From Bugula neritina (taxonomy: Eukaryota > Animalia > Bryozoa), in NCBI GenBank assembly GCA_964035545.1, contig OZ037766.1:4516722-4580721 (forward strand): a stretch of DNA of 64,000 nucleotides, given 5' to 3'. Of this stretch, positions 26,601-38,965 are shown piece by piece. The notes beneath the pieces are model-generated. The model saw only the letters and a list, made by a program, of their open reading frames with translations, had not been told where the DNA came from and made no database searches. Position 1 is the first letter of the stretch; every line of letters starts with the position of its first letter. The position numbers and the translations under genes are program-made.

Positions 26601-29600
26601 AACGAGCTACCAGCTACAGCTAGGGGAGATGGTAATCCCAGAAGTGTAGACGCAAGCTGTTAGAGTCAGCCTTGTGCATTTAAAAGGTGCATAATGCAAT
26701 TAACTGCATGAAACAGCATTACTCCCGTCTATGGAGTTGTTACGAGGCAGCTACAGTTTTAGATAAACTCTTTTCATAACTCAAATAAGTAATCTTGTTG
26801 TGTTTATAAGAAAGAGTAGATCTATACTTGGCTTCACCCAAGGTATGAACTTTTCCTATATTTTTAAAATTATTTTTTGATTATCAACTTTCCTGACACT
26901 CAGGCTAAACAAAAAAGTCACACTCTAATTTACACTTTGCCAGCACAATTGGATGACATATGAAACTCGGTGACCTTCAACTATGACTCACTCTTACCAG
27001 TTGAGAGGAAGTAGTATTCGATATCTTTTGCAGATGACTTGTCACCGTCAAAAGCCATGACCCGCAGGATTGGGCTGCCAACTGGCAGGTTCTCCTCAGT
27101 GCCCTTTATATATGGCAGGCCTGTGAAGTACGGAGGTGTATCTTGTTCATCCTCTACGTTAATTGTCAGTGTCTGGGTGGTAGTTAATGATGGCTGGAAA
27201 ACACACACAGCGTGTATTGATATATTGACATATATTAATATATTATAGAAAGATTGAGATAGGTGTAAATAATTAAAAAAAAAAAAAAATATATATATAT
27301 AGCCTATGATATAGATCTTACGTACAGCTACTGGCAATATTTTCAGTGACAGGCTACATTACACTACATATTAGTTTCCATATTGAATTCTTGAAAATTT
27401 CGATATGAACAATTTGCATAATATATGCACGGGTAGAAATTAATTTTGTAATCAAAGGGGCTCTTAGCTATCTGCTACTTAAACCTGCATTTGTAAGGTT
27501 TAAATAACATTTAGCTTTTCAACTTTACATTCCTGCTTAAAATTGCAGATCATAATGCCAAAGATGCGTAGCTATACAGTAAGCTGTAATCACAATAGCT
27601 AGAAGCCCCCCTGCAGTGTCTTTTCTATGTGCCATAAAGTCAAGCCAGTTGGTATATCAATTATTTATTTAGATCAATTGTAAACAAGTTTTGTTTATGT
27701 CCCTTGAGATTTTTTCATTTAGTAAATTTTCATCTAGCACACATAAGCCAAGCAGCATCATGTCTTTATGCAGAGATGAATATTTATACTTTACCCATAA
27801 GAGCATGTTCAGCTTAAGTAGATACGTAAACTATGGTAAGTTGCAGCTGTTATACTAACCTCACAGTCGGAAGCTGTACACCCAGCCACGTCTTTCACTG
27901 TAACCTTCACCAGGTACAGAGATTGCAGTTCGAAATCTAAAGGACTTTTTAGAAGGACGTTTGCCTCATCGTAGTTATGCTCGATGGTTTCCCCTGTTTC
28001 CGGATCCCCCAAATAGAACGGTCCAGGCTAAAGTAAGAGTTAATTAAAATTTAGCAAAACATAATTTTCTAGACTTGGTGATGTGTGAAAAAATAATATA
28101 ATTCTGTCCATTTATATAAAATATGTCTTCCATGTAAACCAGAACAACATAATTAATTTACATAATTACAGCGGCTTATACCGTGTTAGTTGGATTGGAT
28201 CTGGATAATGAGGGTTTGTTTACAATCATCATATGCAAGGTGAAATTCACTCATGTTATTTTTGATCATTTATTGAACTCAATTAATTCAGGAATTCATT
28301 GAGCAGCCAAAAGTTTCAAATTAGCATATATTTTGGTAATAAGCTATCGAAATCAAATTACTAAAAGTTTGCTCAAACATTTTTGGTCTGTTGGACCGTA
28401 AAATTAAACTGGTTCTTAAATAATTAATATTCCAATCAATGTCACCAATCAAATTATAAACTACACCAAATAAGATGCCCCATTGATACTGCAGCGAGGA
28501 GTATCAAACTTCCATATTCTAAAAATAGAAGTAGCCGTGCAGCATTCTATAGCACCAGTGCCATATGTTTCATGCCATAGGAAATATTTGTGATTCAGCA
28601 AAACTTACAATTTCATGAATAAATAAGCTCAATGCATATGTGGAAGAGCCAGGGCATTGTGGGTAGGCTGTAATTTGTGTGAAATGTTATGAATAGTTTG
28701 TTAAACATACAACTCAAAAGAGTAATTTTGCTGTAAACTGCATGTTAAGCTGCTGGATAAGAAAGACACATGCTAGAATATTCTTGCCCGCCTGCAAGTG
28801 GTCCACAAACCTCATCTAAGAATATTTCTGTAGCAGCATTGTATCCCATATCCTCATCTTCTGCAACAATCTTTATAATAAATGTTCCAGCGGGGAGGTT
28901 CTCTTTAATCTTTGCTTTAAGAGGTAAGTTTTGGATAACAGGGACATAGTCATTGACATCATTTACTCTAATCCTCACGTCTTTAGACTAAAATGAGACA
29001 ATTGTTCATGTAAAATATTGTTATGTAGTGACAATAGCTGACAGCAGAGAACTAAATATGCTGTTTGAGAGGTGCACACGCCACAGCACCCATTTTTTTT
29101 CTATCTGATGTCTAAAAACATACGGCAAGTGGAAAGCTGCTAGAAGCAGCACGGATTTGGCTGTCACTAAGTGCAGTAGTCCAGGAGTTTAAAATTGAGG
29201 GTTTGGATTGAAACTTTGAACGCCCAACTTCAAACTGAGATCCCAAGCTACTGCACTTAATGACCAGCAACTCGGTACAGCTTCTAGCAAATTTTTGTCA
29301 CTAGCCTATATAGTCCACAATCTATATCATTAATTATACTCGTATTTATAGTTTATACCCTACCCCACACCAACTTCTTGATTATACTATAGCACAGTTT
29401 GCTGCATAGCTAATACCAAACTAATCCAAGGCCAATCAGGGAAACATTCATCAATATTTTAATAAGTTGTTGCATATCAAACTTATTAATTCACTAGCAC
29501 ATTGGTGTCAATCATTGAGGATTTTTAATCATTCATTTTTGTCCAGTCTGAAATTCTTCTTATATTATGCAACGCCTTAAAAATTCTGCAATAATTAATA

Positions 29601-32368
29601 CTATACACATAGTAAGCTTCCTGCTATGGATTGTAGTTGAACTGGAGGCTTTCAAATGAGAGACATGTTTTGGTCTAAATCTTTAGTTTTCTTAGATGTG
29701 CCCAGTGACTGAACGTAATAATAAAGCTGTAGATATCTGTATGTCTCACTTTACTTGGCATGCTAGTAGATTACAAGTGGATTTGAGAGCAGTCCTAATT
29801 ATGAGCTACTAATGGGCTAGAGGAGCAAACAGATCTGATGTGTTTATACTCAAAGCCAAATTAACAGTTTGAAGAAAAGAAAACAATTTCAATGTTTACT
29901 TGAACTTGTTTAATATGTTTGTTGTCTATTTTACATCAAGGCCCATTTGATACACTTACCAGCAATGTAATAGAAGATCAACAATATATACATTACTATC
30001 AGTTGTTTCAACTTCAATAACAAAAGCAACAGTAAATTTTTGCTGCTATTATGAATAAAAGCTCAATCGAACCAAGGTGGAGATAACTTGTGTCAAAAAA
30101 GTGACTTACTGTGGTGCTAGTGCCATCACTTATAGTGACTTGGAGATTATATCTACTGGTTGTCTCTCTGTCTAACTTTTCTTTCAGAGTCACTTTGTAG
30201 CTGTTTGAAGACACCTCGGTGAGCAGAAACTTCTTGTCGTGATTAATGGTGACAGTGAGGGGGTCACCATCAGAATCATCAACAATAAAGTTGAAAACCA
30301 GAGCACCTAAATGTACACAGTCATTGTGGTAAATTACATCTAGGACATTTCTTACAATTAAAAATAAGGAATATATTGTAATGTAGTTTCAAGCAAAAAA
30401 TATCGATCAAGACCATTGCGAAAGAAAAACCCGTCATGAATATTAATTCTTGTGTAATATAATTGTAGAATGCAAATAAACCAATTGGAAAATCATTATT
30501 CTTAACGTTATGAATTTCCAATGACTACAGTAAAAGGAAGTTGTAGGCTGTACATAACTATGATATGTATCCTACATAATTAAGAGTCGCAACTGTTAAA
30601 GGAATTGGTCCTGTATATATAGTTATATATTCCTAGTATTGAGTGAAGTGAGTAAATACAAGAGCAGACGTGGTCTTATAGGGGGTTAGAGCTGATGGCT
30701 TAGCAAATCCGAACCCCAGTAAAGGCCATTTGTGATTTTAAGAAGAGCATCCAGTCATAATTGCTCCTGCACCACATATGAATTTCAAGTTCTTAGCCTG
30801 CTTTTAAAAAACCCTTTTCCTCAAGGTTCTTACAGGGATGGTGACTATAAAATTTTGTGAACAAGTACACAAACTCAATAGAATGGAGTATTTCTCTCAG
30901 CAAGTTCTTACGCTGTTGTCTTTTAATGAAGAAGTGAAACTATGGGCATATCAACACCCCCCCCCCACTTTGTGTGCCACTGCACAGTCTATGTAGTCTA
31001 GTTCAGATTGTGCCATACCATGTCAACTCTGTATTAGAAGTGATACTCACCAATAGGTTCATCCTCGGAGATGGTAACACTGGAAGGGCCGTCATATTCT
31101 GGCCATTCATTCGCACACCCTGCAGAAAATTGCAACTATTAAAATAACAAATATATGTACGGTGTGTTTTTACTGACTGTGCAACTAAGAAGTAAGTGAA
31201 GGAATGCAAAGTTCTTTTGTATAGCATTATTTATAAAAAAAATTATTTGTAGGAAGAGTATTGGCAGGTTTTTAAAATTGTTACCAAGTTATTAATGTGT
31301 TGAAAATGCATATATATAAATTAAGCATTAGAATAGATATGCATGTTCATCCTTAGCGATATAGACCATAATGGATCATGGCATTTTATAAACAAGTTTT
31401 TCTAAGACAAAGTTTAGTTCATACCACTATCTGATTTTTGTCTTATAAAGCAAAATAAATTTATTCTCTCAACTTGGCTTCAATAATTTTACTTGCTTCA
31501 TATTCCTTTAATTATATAATAAATAATTAATATGAGGTAATATGACAAGCAGTTGAATTACTGTGAAGTCAATTAAAATGTCCAGACATTATTGAGTTAC
31601 AAAAAGTAGAAAGACAGACTGATTGCAAGTGACAAGCTTTTGCATACTCCTGGGATGCTGTCGGCAGCGGTAAAATTATATAATAGCAATTGAAATTACT
31701 CGATAATTGGTGATCAATTCTTTTAGTAGTACTACATAACATCTATATTCAGACTGCAATTACCAACCACTTGCGCTGGGCTGTCAGTTGTTACATAAAT
31801 GTCTGGGGTGGGGGTTAATGGTTTTATCTTATTAATACAATTATAATACATTTCAATCTATTAATACAATTTCATTACATCTTCAATATATTAATGCAAT
31901 TACTATACATTTTCAATCTATTAATACAATTTCACTACATTTTTTATTTATTAGTATAATTACTATACAGTTTTATTGTATTAATGTAATTACATTACAT
32001 TTTTCAATGCAGCAGTTGCGGTGTAGCGTTATGCTAATAATGGCGGTAAGAGTTTCTGTTTCAATGTCAAGCTACCCACGAGTTTAAAGTTCTGCGAGGC
32101 ACGTGCTGTTTCAACAATAAACAACAATGGGTGCTCCCAGCTATCGAAATCTGTTTTCGTACAAAAATAGACTGACCACAATGTATAGAAAGTTTAAAAG
32201 GGTTGTGCTAAGAACTGTGCAAACAATAGTGTTTTTATTAAGTCTCTGTTACCAATTCTTCTATCTATTTAGCTGAGTGAAAAGCCATAGAAACATCTTA
32301 CCAATGGAGATGAATAATAGCAGCAATGAGCACCCTTTGTACATCTTCCCATTCAAACTGTGTATCAT
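8634..32368 (-). CDS. Non-classical cadherin of the CDH23/Cad87A/Cad88C type: signal peptide, 14 EC repeats, membrane-adjacent domain, TM, PDZ-binding tail; ~1920 aa core
   Basis: Phase-consistent GT-AG exons, 5'->3': 32368-32302, 31119-31051, 30306-30110, 28987-28811, 28027-27860, 27193-26998, 25608-25475, 25234-25031, 23764-23606, 23466-23234, 22918-22675, 22394-22109, 21608-21373, 20931-20737, 20422-20290, 19878-19681, 19164-19014, 18869-18704, 18483-18241, 17967-17665, 17398-17186, 16964-16742, 16473-16311, 16080-15885, 15407-15240, 14870-14713, 14327-14120, 13756-13620, 13470-13430, 12603-12540, 11254-11180, 8991-8634 (sum 5763 nt). Signal peptide MYKGCSLLLLFISIGCA (start at 32368 or 32344). 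Repeated DxNDNxP/LDRE/DxD motifs, EC2-3 linker DEQDTPPYF, TM VIIIAIVVAVVLLVVMLTVLILCYV, juxtamembrane YQRKLKAA, DDNAID, C-terminus ETTEV. Confidence 0.93.
9109..9126 (-). CDS. Candidate 18-nt cadherin cassette microexon (phase 2-2)
   Basis: U-rich tract...ctag|CATATTTCACTATCACAA|gtaaac; 3n and open. Confidence 0.3.
10112..10135 (-). CDS. Candidate 24-nt cadherin microexon (HKFYRQS)
   Basis: tttctctgtag|ACATAAGTTTTATCGGCAGTCACG|gtgaga; phase 2-2, open. Confidence 0.55.
10289..10420. mobile_element. Degenerate palindromic MITE, copy 1
   Basis: Inverted AGTGCAGTAG...CTATTGCACT arms. Shares aaact(t)gagatcc.aa.cta.tgcact with 29138-29289. Confidence 0.55.
10975..10980 (-). CDS. Candidate 6-nt cadherin microexon
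   Basis: tcttttctctag|TTTCAA|gtaaga: strong acceptor and donor 6 nt apart, phase 2-2. Confidence 0.45.
11750..11845 (-). CDS. Candidate 96-nt cadherin cassette exon (SPLDDKLSVTSLLYAHHMHHEAVHDPNCLSL)
   Basis: tttcag acceptor, CAG|gtgatg donor, phase 2-2, open, GC-richer than its flanks. Confidence 0.5.
13043..13069 (-). CDS. Candidate 27-nt cadherin microexon (DTHTLGFEI)
   Basis: ctaac branch...ttactcttgtttcag|ATACACACACCTTAGGATTTGAGATAG|gtaaac; phase 1-1, open only in the required phase of those tested. Confidence 0.6.
13183..13402. repeat. Degenerate ~11-bp minisatellite (TAGTAATGYRC)
   Basis: Repeated agtaatg(c/t) units. Confidence 0.75.
19975..20245. repeat. (TATAT/TATCA)n low-complexity tract
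   Basis: Pentamer-like AT repeats in an intron; a similar tract lies at 62610-62690. Confidence 0.7.
21952..22049. repeat. 10-bp tandem repeat (GAGTTTGTGA)
   Basis: About 9-10 imperfect copies. Confidence 0.8.
26170..26248. repeat. ~30-bp tandem repeat (cactgtcatagcactgtgataccctgtcac), 2.5 copies
   Basis: Direct inspection. Confidence 0.8.
29138..29289. mobile_element. Palindromic MITE, copy 2 (152 bp)
   Basis: Termini TGCTAGAAGC...GCTTCTAGCA, inner arms TAAGTGCAGTAG...CTACTGCACTTA; related to 10289-10420. Confidence 0.65.
30680..30860 (+). mobile_element. Possible degenerate SINE/RTE-associated fragment
   Basis: aagaagagcatccagtcataattgctcc resembles the AGGAAGGGCATCCAGCCGTAAAA core I recall from animal SINE/RTE-related repeats (recollection, not a search result). 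Confidence 0.3.
31831..32008. repeat. ~30-bp degenerate tandem repeat (TTAATACAATTTCATTACATTTTCAATCTA), ~6 copies
   Basis: Units start near 31831, 31861, 31891, 31921, 31951, 31981. Confidence 0.8.
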
Positions 32369-33195
32369 TTTCTTGAGTTGTAATAGTATTGGGTATACTC
32401 AACATTCACTGGTGAAAAGAAAGCACAAACAGTTGTATAGAAGCATAGTAATGGAATAAATGTATATGTATGTACTCGTACAGTTAAAGTGTATCATACA
32501 CATGGCAATTTAAAAGGAGAAGTAAGAGCTTTTTCAGTTCTCAACTTTATTAAAATAATTTGCGTAAGGCTACGGTAGCGTAAAGGTATTGATGGACACC
32601 TGGGGTTTGGCAAAGAGCCAGAAGTGATGTGTATGATCGTGGGCAGAAGGCAGGTTAAGTATCTGGTGCGCGTTAAATTGACTGTCAAAGAGGCGGATAA
32701 GTTATGTAAATTTTTTCAAAAGTTTCATCTAACTTGTCAAAGGTGGTTAACTTTGCTGTGACTTTTCAATGAAAGTTGTTAGCCTTTTGACCACTAAAGA
32801 GAAGATGCAAATGAAGCAGCCCTGTCTGTGATAATTAAATTCACAGCTGAAGGTACTGGACTATAAACACGTCTGAGTTTCACCAAAATACCACCTTTTT
32901 TTCTAAATATTGCCTGTTGTTATGAGCACAAATGCCGTTTTTTTGCATTTTTCGTTATTGGTTGAGCTTTAATTACATACCAGCATTTAACTAACTGTCG
33001 GCCAGCAGCGACAGCTCAAGCATTTTATTATTTGTTTTGTGTGTTTATCAAGTTGGATAATTATCAGTTAATATACAAGCTCCAGACTTAAGCACAAAAC
33101 CTGAAGTCTGTAATTATGAAACTATCATTATTATTACATCATCAGTGCTGATTTTTAATGGATCCATAATTATTGTATTTATATCAGATTAGTGT

Positions 33196-33609
33196 TTGTG
33201 TCAGACTGTTGTTGTATTTGTGTCACACTGTTGTTGTATTTGTGTCACACTGTTGTTGTATTTGTGTAACACTGTTGTATTTGTGTCACACTGTTGTTGT
33301 ATTTGTGTCAGACTGTTGTTGTATTTGTGTCACACTGTTGTTGTATTTGTGTCACACAGTTGTTGTATTTGTGTCAGACAGTTGTTGTATTTGTGTCACA
33401 CTGTTGTTGTATTTGTGTCACACTGTTGTTGTATTTGTGTCAGACAGTTGTTGTATTTGTGTCACACTGTTGTTGTATTTGTGTCACACTGTTGTTGTAT
33501 TTGTGTCACACAGTTGTCGTATTTGTGTCACACTGTTGTTGTATTTGTGTCACACTGTTGTATTTGTGTCACACTGTTGTATTTGTGTCACACTGTTGTA
33601 TTTGTGTCA
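33196..33609. repeat. 22-bp minisatellite (TGTCACACTGTTGTTGTATTTG) with 19-bp variants, ~19 copies
   Basis: Direct periodicity; explains the three overlapping repetitive ORFs. Confidence 0.95.
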
Positions 33610-36319
33610 GCCAAAATTAAGGAAGCATCTCAAAGTTTGTGTTATTACATACTTGGCCATTTTATTACGCAAAAAGTTAAATAATTTTTAATCCAAACAT
33701 TAAAATCTATAAAATATATTGCAATGCAGTCAGCTAAGTTCACCTGATACTTTTCCAACACCTACTATCCTACTATAATATATCTATTGTCTTGAAACCA
33801 CTTGAACTAGTAAAACCCTGTTACTATTATTGAAACACTTAGACATCATAAGTGTGCTTTTCTGTGCAGCTACATGTTTCATTATAAATCTCCAATGTAT
33901 GTTTTCATTTCAGCCTTACAATAAAAAATAATCTTTAAATTTGGAGAGCTGTTGAGTTATTGATGTGCTCCTTAATCCGTTGAACTGGGCAAAACTAATC
34001 TTAGTAGACTTGCAGTAATTGCACAGTGGCCACAGAGCTTACTTGCTAGTCATTGTAAATCATGCCCACCTTATAATATATAATACTTTACTGCGTCTAC
34101 TTGATCAATACAGAGTATAAGCAATTTATCATTAGAATTGGTGGTAAAATAAAATGCACCAAGATACAACTAAACTGTCTTATAAAAAAAGCAATTACTA
34201 GCTGAAATTGAACAAATGTAATTAATGGGTGAGAAAATGTGATTATCTTAAAAAACAACTTATTTATGAATGAAAGCTATTTCTGCATTTTTAGCTAAAT
34301 TAATCTAAAATAAAAAATGCTGAAACCCTACTAGTACTAGACCACTCTGCAAGTGTAGCAATGAGTTGGATTATATAGCTGAAAGAACACAAAGTGCTGA
34401 AGTTGCTATGAAACTGTTCAAGTATTATCTGTTCATCTTTAGCAAATAATAAGGAGTCCCAATAATGGATGAATAAATAGGAGGACTGGCTGGTCACTCT
34501 ATAAGACATTGGAGCCCAAAATGAATCATCTAATTTCAGTAAATTTGATCTCTAAATAAACCTGTGAATAACGTTACATGGAACTAGTCCTACCAGCTAG
34601 CAAGTAGGTTCGGAAGGAGTTATGTTTAATTCTGACAGTTTTAAAATGAGCCCTTTTCTAATACCTATTTATGGTAATCAAAATTGGCTCTCCAAATGAA
34701 GAGGCATTAAATTCAATATTAAAAATAGAGCAGAGGTGCTGGTTATTATTTTTATAGTCTCTCCTTAAAATAAGTTAAATTTCCAGATAAAGTCACTTTA
34801 GCCAAGTAGAATATCAACAGTGCAGTACAGGGTCAGGGATCAGCAAAAATACACAGTTTTGTGAATTCTAATAATAGATACTGTTGTATATATAGTTTAG
34901 CCACATCTCACCTATAACCATACTAATAGACAGTTAATAATTTCTCAGCAATGGCTGTAAAATACAATTCTGATTAAAGTAGAACCTATAACAAGTTTTC
35001 TAGCAGACTTTGCATAGGCATGGTAGCTAGAGCATATGTTTTAATTAGTTGTTTCCTTATGCAAAGTGGTAATGTGATTTTAAATAGATATTTTGCCAAT
35101 GGTGTTGAGTAGTGCAATTGTTTATACTCATGGTTTGACCTCAAGAAAAAAATTAAAATGTAGTTTTACAGCCTTTTAGCTTTATCAGCACTTATGATGA
35201 AGAGCTCTTCAATTTTAACCTGCTGTACAGAATCTCATCGCTGCATGCAGCCTAATCATAAAACTTTTATAAAAAATGATCCTAAGGTTTATTGAAAACT
35301 TTATAGTGCTTTTGGTTTCTTGCAGTAGTATTCTTACAAGTTGAGAAACAAAACAATAGGTTTTTGCAAGCAAAAAATATACTTAAATTTCCATACAATT
35401 CACATTGCACCTGATAAAATTTAAATATAAATGTCATCTTCCAATCACAGATAAATAAGCTTAGACGATTTCTTGGTGTTGGCTAAAACCAATGGTAGCA
35501 CGCAAGAAACCACCCTACTGTTGCACCTAATTATGGTTAATGTCAGAAGGAAGGGAAATAATACAGGTTGCTTTTTGGTTTCTGTACTTAATCCCTCCCA
35601 TAGAGCTTGTCAACCCACATTTAGCAACAAAAGTCAGTTTTTCATCACAAAAAAGGTTAGCTCCTCGATTTCTCAATTAGATAAAAGATTAATTTACATA
35701 TTGAAAGCTTTTAAGAATATTGTGCCTCCACCATGGTACCTGTTATATTATGGTAGTCAATCAACAGAGGTTGTATTAGTTATATATTATCTTATGTTAT
35801 TACCTTGTTACCTTGGGCTGACTTTAGAGGTCATAATATCCATAAAATTAGGTCTGTTGAGTTTTACGAGACTTTGAATAATCCACTTGAAGCCTTTCTA
35901 AAATGAAACAAAAATATCAATAAGCACTTAGTTATTAAAGACAAGAAACAATAATTAAAAATTTAAGAGATGCACTCACATAATTATTTATCATTAAAAA
36001 CTTTGTTGCAGAAAAAAATGTTTGTTGAAATGATAAAAGTTAACCTTTCTTCAATGTTATGCAGCTTGTTAACTACTGTAAACTACAAATATAAGTCCAG
36101 CAGCAAGAAAGAAAGCCAAGTTAATAAAGCTATCAGCTATGTAGCTTTACCTATACAACTTCAAACTATACCTTTGGTATCCAAGAATGATAAAAAGATC
36201 AGAAGTAAACCAAATAATCCAGTAGCTAGCAACAATTCAAATTTCTTATCAATCATAAAACTACAATACAATATATATTAGAGTCGTAGAACAGCAACAG
36301 TTGCTTGTTCACACCAGTA

Positions 36320-36495
36320 TCGTGATATCTTCTGCGGTCAGTTGAGTGTAAGCGAATGCACGCTGCGTCTTCCCAAAGTAATGACAAATTATCTCACACC
36401 AACTCCCCGCCCTTTCTAGATCAATAAAGGCACACGACTATTCATCGCAGGTGAACGATTTCGACCAATCATCTGCGAGGATATATAAAAGCCTA
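36320..36495. promoter_or_regulatory. Promoter-like CpG-enriched patch with GC box, CCAAT and TATA
   Basis: CCCCGCCC 36405-36412, CCAAT 36465-36469, TATATAAAA 36482-36490, locally many CpGs. Confidence 0.4.
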
Positions 36496-37711
36496 TTCAA
36501 TGAATTCATGACTAGACAATCAATTTAAAGACATCTGCTTAGCTATGGCTATAGAAAAAGATCAAAATAACAAAACAATACAAGTCATTGTCATGATAAT
36601 TATATTCAGATACTAAAACTGATGAAATGATAGTTTTATATGACTCTTGAAATCCACTCTAGCAGCATCCAGTTAATAGTAAAATGACAATCAGCAGGAT
36701 ATTGTATAGGAAATAGAAACTTGAATTTGCAGTTGCCTCAATTTATTTCAGTAGATATGCACATATTAGATGCTTATCAAATCATAGATACTCCCTCACT
36801 GTGTGTATTTCTATAGTGTGTAAAAACTTGCTAAATTACTTTTATTTTGTCAAATTTTCATCCATTTTGAGAAAAATAATCTCTAAAATAGAGAAATTAT
36901 GTAAAAGAAAGCCCCTTGAGCAAGTAAATGGTATGTAGGAAGACATTATAAGGCTTTTCGTGTCTTTTCAGCCAATTTATTTTATGTATGTCATACAGCT
37001 TTCTAGATTCTGGGCATCCTACACTCTACAACATCATGTTTTGAAAAATTCAAAATACATTTCAAATTGTTGAAATCTACATCATTATAAACAGAATGAA
37101 AATGCCACACTTGTAAGTTTTATAACGTAGCTTGGAAGGCACTCAAAGATTCTGCAGTTTTTAATTGAAATGTCATTTGCAATGAGTTGCCTCGAAGCAG
37201 AGGGGATGGTGTAATCTTAAAATTGCATTAGCATAGGTACTTAAGTAGGGGCTAACACCTGCCTATCATTACTGATTCCCAACGGTATAGCCTACTGGCT
37301 AGTCACTCAGTCAGTCAATGAACAAATACACTGAATAGCCACAATGGGTCACATGGCACGTGTCCATACCACCTTTGTGTATCAAAAAACACTAACCCGA
37401 ACTAAGACTAACAAAATTCAATAAAGCTCACTGACTGACTTAATTTTATTAAAAGATATACTTGTTTTCATATCTGGATTAGTGAATGATGTCAGACTCG
37501 TACACCTAAATATAATGCACTGCGCAAACACCTGGCTCACTTCTAGCACTTGCTAGCACTTGCTGTTCCACCAATGTTTACTAATACAACATTCAGGGGA
37601 GTAAGTAAATTAAGGTAAACCAATTTATATTCTTATGACAAAGATTGTCACCAAGTAATCCCCTTCAGTTTCATTAGGGGATTGTGACACTGTAGAATAG
37701 TGTAACTGAGC

Positions 37712-37783
37712 AGCTTACCCAGAGATGCTGACAAGCCTTACCCAGGGATGCTGACAAACCTTACCCAGGGATGCCAACAAAGC
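37712..37783. repeat. 23-bp tandem repeat (CTTACCCAGGGATGCTGACAAGC), 3 copies
   Basis: Direct inspection. Confidence 0.85.
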
Positions 37784-38561
37784 TGTCAGCTCAATGATAA
37801 GAGTGGAGAAGTGATTACAATGTTGTATTAGAGGAAGTTGATTTACCCTCTGAAAAAACTTACTGTTTAGAATAAACTGAACTAGTTTTTGCCTTTGTGT
37901 GGAAAAGCAAATATGAGTTTAAACATTTTTCATCATTATTTGAAGCAGATAAAACTTTAAATTGTAGAAAAAGTTGTTTTTATTTTGATAGCATGATATG
38001 TTTCGCAAGTAAAGCCTTAACTATGCCTTTATTTTTAAATCTATTACACTAATGTAACCATATCCAACATTCTCTAAGGCTCATATCATTCTGTGATAAC
38101 AAAAAATAAACAAGCATACTTACTAAAATGCCAGTTTATTTGTTTTAGCAGTAATTTTGCATGTTTAATACTTTTCCGTTTCACACTGCACATAAACGAA
38201 ACTATTTGTGTATCAGTATCGTTTATCATGCTTTCAAAACCTTTTTTCACTAATGGCTGCCATGTTTACTATATAATTCACAATTCAATTTCATGAATTA
38301 TTTAATAGCTACAAAATCAATGATTAGCATTCAACATAGAACTTGTTAGTCAGTCTAAAGTTAGAGTCAAGCTTTGTCTTTGCAATACGCAAGAGACGTC
38401 TAGGATCACCAAACAGTAAAACATAATATTATACACTGCAGGCTCCACACTCACCCCAGAATTTATAATCTGCTGACATGCTAATTAGCTGCCTCTAATA
38501 AAAGTTTTAAAAATAATTGGAATACTTCCTATGGTACTCAACTTGTACAATGATGATTTGA

Positions 38562-38965
38562 AAACAAAATAATCAAGCACTAGATAGCCCTTAGCTTTAA
38601 AAAGCTTTGGGTAATAGCTGAAAGTACAGCTGCTATCTTGGGCTGTGGAGCTTCTATGTTACTCTAGAATGTTCTATCAGGCTCTAGATAATTGCAATAG
38701 TACTAAAATCATTGCAGTTTATAGAATTTTCAAAAAAATGTCGTATAAGAGGTATAAACAGAGGTATAAACGCAACTTATACGACATTTTTTTGAAAATT
38801 CTATAAACTGCAATGGTTTTAATACTATTGCAATTATCTAGAGCCTGATAGAACATTCTAGAGTAACATAGAAGCTCCATAGCCCAAGATAGCAGCGGTA
38901 TTTTCAGCTATTACCCAAAGCCTTCCAAAGCTATAATGGTTATCTGGTGCTTGATTATATTGTTT
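38562..38965. repeat. Long inverted repeat/fold-back: ~188-bp arms, 26-bp spacer
   Basis: 38562-38749 is the reverse complement of 38776-38965; the inner 147 bp have 5 mismatches. Confidence 0.95.

Noticed and set aside
16782-27248. Many + strand ORFs (e.g. 22682-23134, 22045-22302, 27039-27248)
   Set aside because: Antisense shadows of cadherin exons
33173-33691. Three Cys/Val-rich ORFs; superficially CRISPR-like array
   Set aside because: Translation of a 22-bp minisatellite; there are no unique spacers or cas genes, and the context is eukaryotic
35473-36281. 134-aa and 103-aa + strand ORFs
   Set aside because: AT-rich composition, no recognisable motif and no consistent exon chain
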